A stretch of 64,000 nucleotides of DNA, from the NCBI GenBank assembly GCA_964016885.1, contig OZ024743.1:351664001-351728000 (forward strand), in the 5' to 3' direction. Every line of letters begins with the position of its first letter. Within the stretch, counting starts at the first letter, position 1. Shown here in pieces: positions 1-12,420 of the stretch. Origin of the DNA: Eledone cirrhosa (Eukaryota). Below the pieces are notes generated by a model, which ran no database searches, was not told where the DNA came from, and worked only from the letters and a program-made list of their open reading frames with translations. The translations under genes were made by a program, and so were the position numbers.

Positions 1-1205
1 TGTCCCCGTGAACACCTCGCCAAGATGGAACGCATGCTCTTCCAGTTTCTGTGGGAGAAGCAGGCTCCGCTGGTGAGGAGATATGTCTGCTGTCAGCACC
101 CTTCCAACGGAGGACTGGGAATGGCGTGGCTGATGATGCGCAAACATGCAGTGAGGCTGGGGCATCTCCAGGTATTCCTCACCGACCCCCAACCGGTGTG
201 GGCATCGTTTGTGAGACAGGCTTTCCCACAGCTCGTCTCGCTGACGGAGCTGCAGTCCTGGGTCAAGAAAAGACCGAAAACGATGGGCACCTGGCACATT
301 GAATGCACTCAGGCACTCACAGTCCTCTTCGACATTCTATAAAGGGATTGTACGTTACAAGGGTGACGATGTGCTCGGAAAGACTCTGGGCGTCAAAGAC
401 GATGAGCTCACCAGTCTGTTTGGTAGGACTTTCCGCCCGGGAACTATGGACAACTTCCAGAGGTCCCTGGCCTGGCAGTGCTACCGAGGAGCTCTACCGG
501 TTTGTGACAAGATCTACAGGCACGGACGCCCTGGCAGGGATCCTTCCAAGAGGACGTGTCCAAGATGCGCGCAGGACATTGAAACAGTCCTGCACGCAAT
601 TGTACACTGCCCGGGCGTAACCGACTTGTGGAACTATGCAGAACAACTGCTGTCGCCTATGGGACACATCCAGTTGACTGCCGAGTCCATAGTAAGGATC
701 AAACCGCCAGCCTCTTTCAAAAACGAAAGAGAGGCGGTTTTCCTCTGTACGGTGGCTCTGGTGAAAGAAGTTACATGGTGGACGAGATTGAGAGGACTGA
801 GGACAGATGCCTTTCTCTCCGAACAACAATTGATTCCCTTCTTTAAGTATCACCTGAGAAGGAGAATCAGAGTGGAAGAGAAGCACTGCACCCCAGTAAA
901 TTTACTGAAAGGTGGGTGAATGAAGCGAAAATGGCCCGAGTGATTGGGCCTTCTCTGTTTATAAGCCTGTAGGTTGAGGAAGAGAGCAAAAGGAAGAAAG
1001 GAGCACTTGCACAACACGCTCCTGGAGTTGAGGGTTGTTCTATCGACGGGGTATTTAACAACCCATTTGTGGCGCTTCCCCCCCAATGGGGATTTCGATT
1101 GTTGAAATTGTTTGTTTTTATATTTTTTACACGACTGTATGTAAAATCCCCGGCATGTCTTTGTATTGTCCCCTTTTCTTGTGCGCCCTTGTGGAAAATA
1201 AAGAA
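1..1205 (+). mobile_element. 3' part of a degenerate L1/Tx1-like non-LTR retrotransposon
   Basis: ORFs 25-342 and 299-919 (frameshifted) contain GGLG and the C-terminal CCHC finger CPRCAQDIETVLHAIVHC; AATAAA near 1198. Confidence 0.75.
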
Positions 1206-1315
1206 ATATATCTATGTATATCTCCAACAGGGAGCTCAAACATGCGGCCCGCAAACTACTTTTCTATGGCCCGTGGTAGAACCAATATTTCAGATTCCAT
1301 TATAACCAGTGAAAA

Positions 1316-1540
1316 TAAGGTGGTGAGCTGGTGGAGCCGTTAGCACATCTGGCAAAATGCTTAGCGGCACTTCTTCCGTTTTTACGTTCCGAGTTCAAAT
1401 TCCGCCGATCTCAACGTTGCCTTTCATCCTTTTGGGGTCGATAAATTAAGTACCAGTTGTGAACTGGGATCAATGTAATCGACAGGACCCTAAACCCTAA
1501 ATTTCATGCCTTGTACCTATAGTAGAAATGATTATAACTG
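1316..1540 (+). mobile_element. SINE, family A (core GCCTTTCATCCTT..GGGGTCGATAAA..AAGTACCAG)
   Basis: Degenerate tRNA-like head with B-box GAGTTCAAATTCC; the same core recurs many times in the window. Confidence 0.75.
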
Positions 1541-1656
1541 GTGAAAATCATCACCCACCACCACGTTTGGCTCCAGGATGTAATGGCCCTTTTATGTCCT
1601 TGAGTTTGAGACCCCTCTTCTACATACACACACACACACATATATATACACTTTAC

Positions 1657-2983
1657 TAAGGCGGCGGTCCCATCGGGGAAATGGCCATGCTCAGTGTGTA
1701 GGAAAGGCGTAGGTAGAAACTCCATTTTATGTCCCAAATGCAAAGTATGGGTGCATAAAAGATGTAGTGGGATCACAGGTAAGCTAACTAAGAACATAGA
1801 TTTTACATGTGGCCGGTGCTCTGGTGCAATAAGTAGCAGCAAGTGCCCACAAAATACTAGCTCCTTCAACTGCGCAGAGGGTTCTATAGAAATAGTGGAT
1901 AGCTTCCGTTATCTGGGTGACAAAATCAGCAGTGGGGGAGGGTGCTCTGAAAGTACAGTAGCTAGAGTCAGAACTGGATGGAAAAAGTTCAGAGAGCTTA
2001 TACCACTATTAGCCGCTAGAGGGTTCTCCCTAAAAATGAAAGGCAGGTTATACGATGCCTGCATACGAACAGCAATGCTGCATGGCAGTGAGACCTGGGC
2101 ATTGTGTGCAGAGGATATACGCAGACTAGAGAGGAACGAAGCTTGCATGCTCCGCTGGATGTGCAATAGTAATATACGTGAACGGCAAAGCATAAACGAA
2201 CTAAGGAAAAAATTAGAAATAAGAGGGATCAGATGTTGTTTACTCGAGAGAAGGCTACGTTGGTACGGTCACGTGATGCGCATGAAAGACGACAGCTGTA
2301 TAACAAAGTGCAGGGCAATAAAGATAGACGGTAGCCACGGAGTAGGCAGACCCAGAAAAACATGGGACGAGCTGTTAATTTCCGACCTCACACGCTTACA
2401 CCTCTCCAAGACAATGTCACTGGACCGAGACCTTTGGCGGTACTCAGTAATAGAGAAGACCCGCCTTACCTAAATACAAAGTAAAAACCTACTACAGTCA
2501 GTAGGCACCTCTATCAAAACACACCCCCGTCCCACCACCTCCACCTCCACCCCACCCACACCGCCCCTTTCAATGTAAAGTTATGTTGGCCCCACAACAT
2601 CCAGGCCGAAACAAATGAGATCGTGTAGGTGTCACGACAAAAAACACACAGTCCACGCTGTAAATGTGGCCGTGTAGGCAACACGGTAAAAACCTCCCAG
2701 CCCCACACTGTAAATGTGGTTGGTGTTAGGAAGGGCATCCAGCTGTAGAAAACCCGCCAGACAGTCCACGCTGTAATGTGGCCGTGTAGGCAACACGGTA
2801 AAAACCTCCCAGCCCCACACTGTAAATGTGGTTGGTGTTAGGAAGGGCATCCAACTGTAGAAAACCCGCCAGACAGTCCTATGCGAGCAAGACAACCACT
2901 CTTGCCTCAAGTGGGAAAACCCCCGTCCAAACCCATGCAAGCGTGGAACACGGACGCTAAACCTGATGATGATGATGATGATG
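1657..2983 (+). mobile_element. 5'-truncated RTE-clade LINE (family R1) with structured 3' UTR and (GAT)n tail
   Basis: ORF 1694-2473 has FRYLG, HGSETW, RRLRWYGHVMRM and GRPRKTW motifs; about 500-nt 3' UTR ending in TGATGATGAT. Confidence 0.92.
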
Positions 2984-4132
2984 ATTTACTCTTTTTCTGT
3001 CTCTGGACTACGCCCATGCTGGAGCATCACCTTGGTAAGTTATGGGGACATCAACAAACCAACAAACATTGGTGGGAGGGCAAACACAAACGCAAAGACA
3101 CACACAGACATATATACATATATACAATGTGCTTCTTTTAGTTTCGGTCTATCATATCCACTCACAGGGCTTTGGTTGGCCCAGACAGTGAGACTGAACC
3201 CGGAAACGTGGTTGGGAAGCAAGCTTCTTGTCACATTGCACATATATATATAATATATTTGTGTGTGTGTGTGTGTTATCAAATTAACAATGAAAATAAA
3301 AAGAACAAAGCCAAGTTACTTTATACATTTGTATATATATATATACATGCATTTATATTTAAGTGTGTAAGGATGTTGACATGATTTATTTATTTTTTTT
3401 GGTAAGGAGAGAATTTTGTCTCCAGATTTTATTACCTAGGGAGATTAAATACCACAGCTCTGGCTGAAAGCTGAGCAAGTTCTCAACCTCATCTAACACC
3501 AACGCCGGCCTGTGTGTGTATATATGTATGTGTATGTATGTACGTATGCATGTGTGTGTATGATTGTATGTATGTATGTGTATACACCCACACCTTTCAT
3601 CACCATTGCTTCTTTTTCTTGTTGTTTCTGTTGTTCTTGTAACTGTTGTAAAAGTTGACATTGTCCTTATTTTCATTTTCTTTGATTTCTTTCTTTTATC
3701 TCCCTGGGGAATTTGTTGACAAGCTTCTTTTATTTATTTTCTTCGTTTTCTTCATTCAAATGCATTCACACTAGCTGTCTCAGAGACGTACAAATATGGC
3801 TTATAAAACTTACTTAAGTAAATAGCCTAGCGCTACCCAAAGCTTCAAACGCCCCCCCCCCCCCCCCCCCCTAACGCCCCTCTGGAGCTCCAAAAAGCCC
3901 CCATTGAGAACCTTTGCTCTAAACAAGACTTAGAAAATTTTAAATATCAAAATATTAAAACTTCATAAATATATCCTCCACTTATGAGAATTTCAAAACT
4001 GCACCATCTAAACATTATGTGTTGATTAGCTGCCTCGGCTTATAAACAGGGTTGGGATTTGTCAGACATAAAATAGGGGTCAGCTTATATTCAAGTATAT
4101 AAGGTAAGTAAGTAGATAAATCGTTGACTTAC

Positions 4133-4281
4133 AAAGCGACAAGTGACACCAATGACAACAAGTGGAGCCTGAGCAGACTGAGCCGTATCAAAGAGGTTGT
4201 AAATTAAAGTTTGGTTCCGATGTTGAGCAAAGAGATCAAACTCATCAAGGATGAACAGAATTGGTTTACTATGTTGACCAC
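4133..4281 (-). CDS. ORC4: ORC4 coding exon 6 (Walker B)
   Basis: AG/GTAAGT-bounded 149-nt exon encoding [49 protein letters not shown], matching the metazoan ORC4 Walker B region; phases fit the upstream exon. Confidence 0.95.
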
Positions 4282-5781
4282 CTAAAAATGGAAAATGAGA
4301 TGACAGCAAGAGGGACATACAAAAGATCACAGTAATATTCTTCTACTCTACATAATTCCATTAGTTGGTATATATATCTACTATGTGTATTTATAACAAT
4401 ACATCTCTGTAGTGAATTTTCTTAAAGCAGGTGCAATGATATACAACATTTTATTAAAACCAGGATCAAGTCCAGACAACAGCTTATGCATAGTTGCAAG
4501 CTCATGTCTGTGTCCAGTGTTTACTTTTACATAATATCGCTTACATAGAGAAATGAGCATTTGTATATCTATCTTTATGTAACATTCTGTCTGTCTACCT
4601 TTATCTATTCTTATTCTTATTGTATATATTAGTTGGGAAAAACAAAAACATACATGTATGCATGTACATACATATACACACAGATGAAGGTGAATCATCT
4701 ATATGGTCACTTAACCTGTTAGAAATAGCAACCAAATCACACCCTATTGTGAATGATAGGAGCCCCAGTCTTATTGTGTCACCCTTTTTCTGGTTGCAGA
4801 AGGCAAAGTTTGAACTCAGGCTGCATACAAACAGAAGAGATACTTCAAAACGTCCCTTCTGGTATGCTAACAATTCCACCAATCTACTGCCCCTCAACTG
4901 GTACTTTATCTTTCATCATTTCAAAGTTGAATTCAGTGGGATTTGAGTGCTGAGAACCAGAACAAATACCACAATGACTTTAATTTTTCTAACAACTCTG
5001 CCAACTTTATTATATATTGTCCTAATGAGATGGAGAGCCTTTATCACCAACAGAGTTAGTAAGCCTCTCTATTTCACCTCACATGTGCTCCCACACTGTC
5101 TTTAGTAGTAATGACTGTGTATCAAATAATATGTATATACTTTGAAAAAATAAATTTCAAAGAGTGATGATGAGCACAGTACACAATAATTTCATTATTA
5201 TATGATGAATTAGATTTATCATGCAACAGACTGGCGTGTTAATTCATATTCATTAGTTTTAATATAGACTTCTATTTACCAATCATCATGTCTTTAGGAT
5301 ATAGTTTGCATGTGTTTCCCATACAGAATATCAAGACATGTCAGCATCCTTGGCAGAGGGACTTAACTTCTTGATACCTGACCTCCATGTAAATGATGTT
5401 AAAATATGTTAACCAACATTTCATGTAGGTTAATGTTATGTAACCAACAGATTGCACACTTCATTTCTCTTTAATCTTCACATATGTTCCACATTTAAAA
5501 CCCCTTGTCTCACTATACCTTGCCTTCTATTAATATATCCCTTCCCATTACTAAATTTACTAACAATCTCTGCTGTATTCTCAATTTACTGCAACTTCAA
5601 TCTCTTCTAAATTTTAAATATTCATTAGTCAAATTTATCACAAAACATTGAAAGTCATGACCATATGTCAGTTTAGGGACAAGCCTCATACAGGCATCAG
5701 AACAACAATCTGTTATATAAAGTTTCAAATGAGCTTCCATAGCTAAAAGTTACCAGATCCTCAACAGAAACTTGCACTTAC

Positions 5782-5830
5782 CACTTCTTAAAGATTCCAA
5801 TAAAAACTGTAGGTTCTCAGCAAATGATCC
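5782..5830 (-). CDS. ORC4: ORC4 coding exon 5
   Basis: 49-nt exon (tttccag / gtaagt) encoding GSFAENLQFLLESLRS; not present in the ORF track. Confidence 0.93.
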
Positions 5831-6129
5831 CTGGAAAAATTCAAATACAAACAAATTCTTTAAATTTTTGAGAAGTTGTAAAAATATACTCAGACAACAT
5901 AGACATCCTACATGATAAATATAACATTACTATCAACACTCTACAGCAATAAATATATCTACTTTACTAATAACACCATACTAACACAACGATAAATAAA
6001 ACTACATTACTAACAACACCATACCACCACAAATGTATCTACATTAACAACAGCACAAAAGGCACCACCTAAGAAATATATCAACATTAATCACAACACC
6101 ATACTAACAAAACAGACACTACACAACTA

Positions 6130-7310
6130 CAAGTTGGCTAACTTCAAGCAACTTTTAAAAAACCTCGAAGTCATTGAGCCTCACCAAGGTTTTTTCATTC
6201 TCCGGAATTATCAGACAATCCCTAAGTTGTATTTCCTTAGAGTTAGTCCATCTTACAAATTCTCGTCGTCTCTCCAACGCTTCAATAATTTAATATTCAG
6301 TGAGCTCGAGGATTTGGTCAATGTCCGATTCTCTCCAGAGTCCCGCAACCAAGCTGCCTTACCCAAACTGTTTGGAGGTCTTGGTTTGCATAAGTGTACT
6401 TCTTTGTCTCTCTACCTTGCTTTCTTTTCTCCATCCACGCCTGCTACCCTTTGGTAGGTGACATTCTCTCCTTTCCAACTTGGATTAGTTCCATCAGGAA
6501 GTTGGCTGAAGCTTTACTACAGTGGAGGTAGCTGGGCTTGTCAGTCCCAGTTACTGATGAGGATAGACAGAAGCAGAGAGTATGGGACAATCTGCGTTTG
6601 AGGGAAAGTTTCAACTCTCTCTTTGATCTTTCCAATCAATTTTCTAGGTGCTGCTTACTTTCTGCTAGCGTAAAGCTCTCGGGGGTATAGATTCATGCCC
6701 TGCCTGTGGCCAACATTGGTGGCCTTCTCAGTTAGGACAAACTCTGTATCTCCATTGCACTTCGTGTGGGAGCTGATGTCTGTGGGGGTCTGAGATGCCA
6801 CTGCGGTAGGTCCCTCAACTCCACAGGTCTACATGGTTTATCCTGCCACCTGAATGCTAGTCGTTTTGCCCGTCACACCGAGCTAAGCCTGATCATCAAA
6901 CAGGCTAGCTCAGGAAAATATCCCCACAGTTCTGGACCCGGCTGGTTTATCCAGAAGTGATGGGAAGAGACCAGACGGTCTTAACCTTTATCCCTGGGTC
7001 ACATTTAGTGACTCTTTTGCTCCCACATCATGGATGGCACAATGAATGTTAGGGTTACTGCTTCCGCTGCTGAACGGAATAAAATTCAGGAATAGCAGGA
7101 CTTATCAAATAATCATTTTTTCCAGCTTGTCGCATTCAAGACGTTCGGTGGAGTTGGGTCACTGACAGCGAAGTTCTTGTCTTCACTGGCGGCTCGCCTT
7201 ATTGAGGTATCAGGTGATGCCCGTGAGGGTGCCTAGTTATTTCAGCGCTTTAGCCTCGCCATTACCCATGGTAATGCTGCGAGTGTGTTGGCTTGCCTGA
7301 AAGTGTGCAG
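6130..7310 (+). mobile_element. Degenerate CRE-like non-LTR retrotransposon (restriction-like endonuclease type), 3' part
   Basis: QAALPKLFGGLGL, then CHCG..GLHGLSC..RH zinc motif and a downstream RPDG endonuclease motif; several stops and frameshifts. Confidence 0.75.
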
Positions 7311-7369
7311 TTAACCCCTAAGGTGTGAGGTGCAACCAATTATCACATAAACATATCACTTATAGTATT

Positions 7370-9337
7370 CATCATCATCATCATCATCATCGTTTAACGT
7401 CCATCTTCCACGCTTGCATGGGTTTGGACGGGAATTTTCCTACTTGAGGCAAGATTGGTTGTCTTGGACTATCTGGCGGGTTTTCAACGGCTGGATGCCC
7501 TTCCTAACCCCAACCACGTTTATAGTGTGGACTGGGAGGTTTTTACCGTGTTACCTACACAGCCACATTACAGCGTAGACTGTGTGTTTTTTTGTCGTGA
7601 CACCTACACGACCTCATTTATTTCAGACTGGATGTTGTGGTACCAACATAACTTTACATCGAAAGGGGTGGTGTAGATGGCGGTGGGGGTAGGGTTAGTG
7701 GGACAGGGGTGTATTTTGGTTAAGAGGTGCCTACTGACTGTAGGTTTCGCTTTGTACTTAGGCAAGGCGGGTCTTCTGTATTACTGTGTACCGCCAAAGA
7801 TCTCGGTCCAGTGACATTGTCTTGGAGAGGTGTAAGTGTGTGAGGTCGGAATTTATCAAGTCGTCCCAGGTTTTTCTGGGTCTGCCTACTCTGTGGCTAC
7901 CATCTATTTTTATCGCCCTACACTTTTTTATACAGCTGTTGTCTTTCATGCGCATCACGTGCCCATACCAACGTAGTCTTCTCTCGAGTAAACAACATCT
8001 GATCCCTCTTATTCCTAATTTCTCCCTTAGTTCATTTATGCTTTGCCGTTCACGTATATTACTATTACACATCCAACAGAGCATGCAAGCTTTGTTCCTC
8101 TCCAGTCTGCAGATATCCTCTGCACACAATGCCCAGGTCTCACTGCCATGTAACATTGCTGTTCGTATGCAGGCATCATACAGCCTGCCTTTCATTTTTA
8201 GAGAGAACCCTTTAGCGGCCAATAGTGGTATAAGCTCTCTGAACTTTTTCCATCCCGTTCTGACTCTAGCTACTGTACTTTCAGAGCACCCTCCATCACT
8301 GCTGATTTTGTCAACCAGGTAACAGAAGGTGTCCACTATTTCTATAGAACCATTAATGCAATGGAATGAGCTAGTATTCTGTGGGCACTTGCTGCTACTT
8401 ATTGCACCTGAGCACCGGCCACATGGCCATTTCCCAGATGGGACCAGTGCCTTATTTTCCTTCCTACAAACTAGAACTTTAGTCTTAGACAGGTTAATTT
8501 TAAGGCCTTTTGATTCTAGGCCATGCTTCCATATTTGGAATTTCTTCTCTAGTTCAGCCATTGATTCAGCTATGAGCGTTAGATCATCTGCGTATAGGAG
8601 TTCCCATGGGCAGCCGGTTTTGAACTCTTCTGTTATAGCCTGAAGGGCAATAATAAATAGTAGGGGACTAAGAACGGAGCCCTGATGAACACCAACTTTT
8701 ACGCTAAACTCTTCACTATATTCGTTGTTAATTCTAACCTTGCTGACTGTTTCTTTATACATGGCTTGTATAGCTCTCACAAGCCATTCATCAACACCTA
8801 GTTTTCTAAGAGCCCACCAGATAATGGAGCGGGGGACTCTGTCAAAGGCTTTCTCCAAGTCAACAAAAGCTAAGTATAGGGGTTTACTTTTAGCTAGGTA
8901 CTTCTCCTGTAGTTGTCGTACAAGGAAAAGAGCGTCTGTGGTACTTTTACCTGACACAAACCCAAACTGCATTTCATCGAGATCAATTCGCTCTCTGATA
9001 AGGTGCGCTATTACTTTTTCTGTGACCTTCATGACCTGGTCAATTAATTTAATGCCTCTATAGTTTCCCCTATCTAGGGCATTTCCTTTACTCTTGTAGC
9101 AGTTAATGATGATGCTGCTACGCCAGTCCTTCGGAATGACCCCATTCTGTATGACTTGGTTTACTATCCGGGTGACCATAGTGTGTCCCACCGTTCCAGA
9201 TGCTTTCAGCATTTCAGCAACTATTTCCGAAGGCCCAGCCACCTTACCCGTCTTCACATCTTTGATTGCCTTACTTATTATACTACCTTCAACTTGCACT
9301 GCTGGTCCCTCTATTGGATCGATGTGGGGGAGATTGT
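7370..9337 (-). mobile_element. 5'-truncated RTE LINE (family R1) with a long open RT frame
   Basis: ORF 7758-9299 has NYRGIKL, QFGF, AFVDLEKAFDRV, GVHQGSVLSP and YADD; (GAT)n tail at about 7370-7391; internal in-frame loss of the Cys-rich insert. Confidence 0.95.
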
Positions 9338-9747
9338 CTTTCTACATCCTATTTCATTGCCAGCCACTATCATACTTTCTACACATACATCATATCTCCT
9401 CTACAGTCACTGCCTGTTTTATTACCATAAAACATCACACCTCATATCTCCTCTACATTCAGTGTCCATGTTTGACAAACCAGTTAGGCGATTGATGTCG
9501 CAACTATTTCTGTATTATTTTTTTTCATGTTTGTCTCGATTGAATTGAAAGGACACTATTTTTACCTTGTTGTAGCAGTGCTAGTTAGGATGTTGGTGGC
9601 TGTGTTGATAAATGTCAATAACAGGAAGTGGGGGAGTGAGAGTCTATATGATATAAAATAAAATACATGCATGCCCTAGTGCGCTGCAAGCAGCACGTTG
9701 AGCCGGTGTTTATCCTGGTTTCAAATATAAAATAAAATACCACTTAC

Positions 9748-9833
9748 AAATACTTTGTCTCGAACAGTGTTCTCAAGGTGAAGTTGTCGAGCAATTTCTT
9801 TTAGTGCTATGTTATCATTTGTCTGTAGCAAAC
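9748..9833 (-). CDS. ORC4: ORC4 coding exon 4
   Basis: 86-nt exon (tttctag / gtaagt) encoding [28 protein letters not shown]. Confidence 0.95.
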
Positions 9834-10079
9834 CTAGAAAACCACCAAGCAGAGATGTCAGCTTTAACAAGTAGACTGCAGTAACCAATGGTGCCAACAT
9901 TTTTTTAAACCTATACTGTATGAAAAATTTTGTTTATCCTCAAATTATCAGTAAAATATTCCATTTTAGTAGTTTCAGTCATTTAAATTTATTTAATTTA
10001 TATGTAATTAAGTAATATATATAACTTGTGTGAGTGTGTATATATAACTAAGCACTTAAAATGTCATATTGCTCTTTAA

Positions 10080-10295
10080 CCCTTTAGCATTTAAACCAGC
10101 CGTATCCAACTAGAATTCTCTCACCTCATTCTGTTCAACTGACTGTACCCAGCCACTCATACTGATGTTAAGGTATTGTTCTCAAAATAGATATCAAAAT
10201 TTCATAGATTCAATATTATGTGAGGCAAAGGCTTTACCATGAAAATATAATAGTAAATATATTAGTATATATAGAGTAATGTAAATGCTAATGGG
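10080..10295. mobile_element. piggyBac-type MITE
   Basis: TIRs CCCTTTAGCATTTA / TAAATGCTAATGGG with TTAA on both sides; related copies at 45993-46202 and partial ones near 18480-18575 and 20150-20235. Confidence 0.75.
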
Positions 10296-10429
10296 TTAAT
10301 GGTGGTTGTTTCTAATTAAACCATAAAATCTCTAAGGCATCAGCTAGTAGACAGACTGTAAAAGACTCTGAGATATGAGTGTACGATGTGTAATAGTGTA
10401 TGGAAGTAAAACATCAATAGTGAATGTAG

Positions 10430-12420
10430 AGAACAATATGTGGTGAATGTATGATGTGTGATAGCGATAGGTAGTGAATATAGAGGATTGCATGTGGCAT
10501 ATGTATGATATGTGATAGTATATGGTAGTGAAAGACAGGCAGTGAATGTAGAGGGCTGCATGTGGCATACGTATGATGCACAATAGTGTATGGTAGTGAA
10601 AGATAGGCAGTGAATGTAGCAGACTATATGTGGTGAATGTATGATGTGTGATAGTATATGGTAGTGAATGTAGCAGACTATATGTGGTGAATGTATAATA
10701 ATAATAATAATGAAATTATTGTGTACAGTGCTCAGGTGCACTACAACTCATCAAAGGTGCATGTATAGTACATAGAATAATGTACAAATGTCAGGAAAAT
10801 GAACAGTGTATGAGTCATGATATAATAATAATAACAATAATGAAATATTGTGTACAGTGCCCAGGTGCACCACAACTCATCAAAAAAGTTCATGTACAGT
10901 ACATAGGGCAATGCACAAACATCAGTAAAATGAACAGTGCACGAGTCATGATACACACGTGTGCATGTGTATGGAAGGGGTACATCAGGTGTAGTTTTGA
11001 CGTATTTCGGGAAGCATGAGTGTCTTAAAGGATGCAGTGTCTCGGCAGCTAACAACTGACGCAGGCAGTTTGTTCCATGCTTCAGCAACTCTGAGCGTGA
11101 AAAAATGTCTACGAAAGTCATGGGAGCTGTGCTGTTTTCTGATCTTGTAGGCATGTCCACGTGTGTTAGACACATGGAGATCAAAGGGGCGCTCAGGGTT
11201 GCAATTGGTGAGATGGTTAAAAACTTTGTGGGTATTCACCAAGTCCATTGCCAGACGTCGGAGCTTCAATGAATCCATGCCCAGGGAAGCAAGGCGTTCA
11301 GAGTATGGTAGGTGTCTGATGGAGGGTATGCGCTTGGTTGCATGTCTCTGAACAGTTTCCAGGAGGTCGATGTTCTGAGCAAGATAGGAGTTCCAGACTG
11401 ATGATGCGAATTCCAAGTGTGGTCATACCATAGCTGTATACAGTTTTAAATAGATGGCTGGAGAGCGGCTAACAAAGGTCTTGCTGAGTGATGCCAAGAC
11501 ACCCTCGGCCTTCTTGACAATCTTAGAAACATGCTTTGTCCAACGCAAATCGTTGCTGACAGTAATGCCCAGGTCACGTTCACCACATATAGTCTGCTAC
11601 ATTCACTGCCATATATTACACATCATACATTCACCATATATAGTCTGCTACATTCACTACCATATACTACCATTATGTGTGATAGTATATGGTAGTGAAT
11701 GTAGCAGACTATATATGGTGAATGTATGATGTGTAATATATGGCAGTGAATGTAGCAGACTATATGTGGTGAATGTATGATGTGTAATAGTATATGGTAG
11801 TGAATGTAGCAGACTATATGTGGTGAATGTATGTATGATAGTATATGGTAGTGAATGTAGCAGACTATATGTGGTGAATGTATGATGTGTGATAGTATAT
11901 GGTAGTGAATGTAGCAGACTATATATGGTGAATGTATGATGTGTAATATATGGCAGTGAATGTAGCAGACTATATGTGGTGATTGTATGATTTGTAATAG
12001 TATATGGTAGTGAATGTAGCACACTATATGTGGTGAATGTATGTGTGATAGTATATGCTAGTGAATGTAGCAGACTATATGTGGTGAATGTATGATGTGT
12101 GATAGTATATGGTAGTGAAAGATAGGCAGTGAATGTAGCAGACTATATGTGGTGAATGTATGATGTGTGATAGTATATGGTAGTGAAAGATAGGCAGTGA
12201 ATGTAGCAGACTATATGTGGTGAATGTATGATGTGTGATACTATATGGTAGTAAAAGATAGGCAGTGAATGTAGCAGACTGCATGTGGCATATGAATGAT
12301 ATAGAATAGTGTATGATAGTAAAACATGGACAGGGAATGTACAGGGCTATATGAAGAGTGTTTATGATGTATGAGAGAAAAATATGGACAGTGAATGTAG
12401 AAAACTATATTAGATGTATA
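10430..12420. repeat. Minisatellite (about 55-70-nt units, core GTGAATGTAGCAGACTATATGTGGTGAATGTATGATGTG) interrupted by a CR1 insertion
   Basis: Tandem units at about 10430-10695 and 11683-12300 with degenerate edges; explains the His/Ile/Tyr-rich ORFs. Confidence 0.92.
10696..11578 (-). mobile_element. 5'-truncated CR1-like LINE
   Basis: EFASSVWN..LETVQRHATKRIP..LPYSERL..FFTLRVAEAWNKLP; duplicated 3' UTR with (TAT)n tails at about 10696 and 10825. Confidence 0.88.

Noticed and set aside
1487-1500. Telomere-like CCCTAAACCCTAA
   Set aside because: Only two units, lying in the variable segment of a SINE.
3386-3676. Minus-strand ORF as a possible next ORC4 exon
   Set aside because: No resemblance to the expected LEKRVKSRFSHR segment; largely microsatellite-derived.
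11623-12284. His/Ile/Tyr-rich ORFs and a CRISPR-like periodic look
   Set aside because: These are translations of a minisatellite; there are no unique spacers or cas genes, and the context is eukaryotic.
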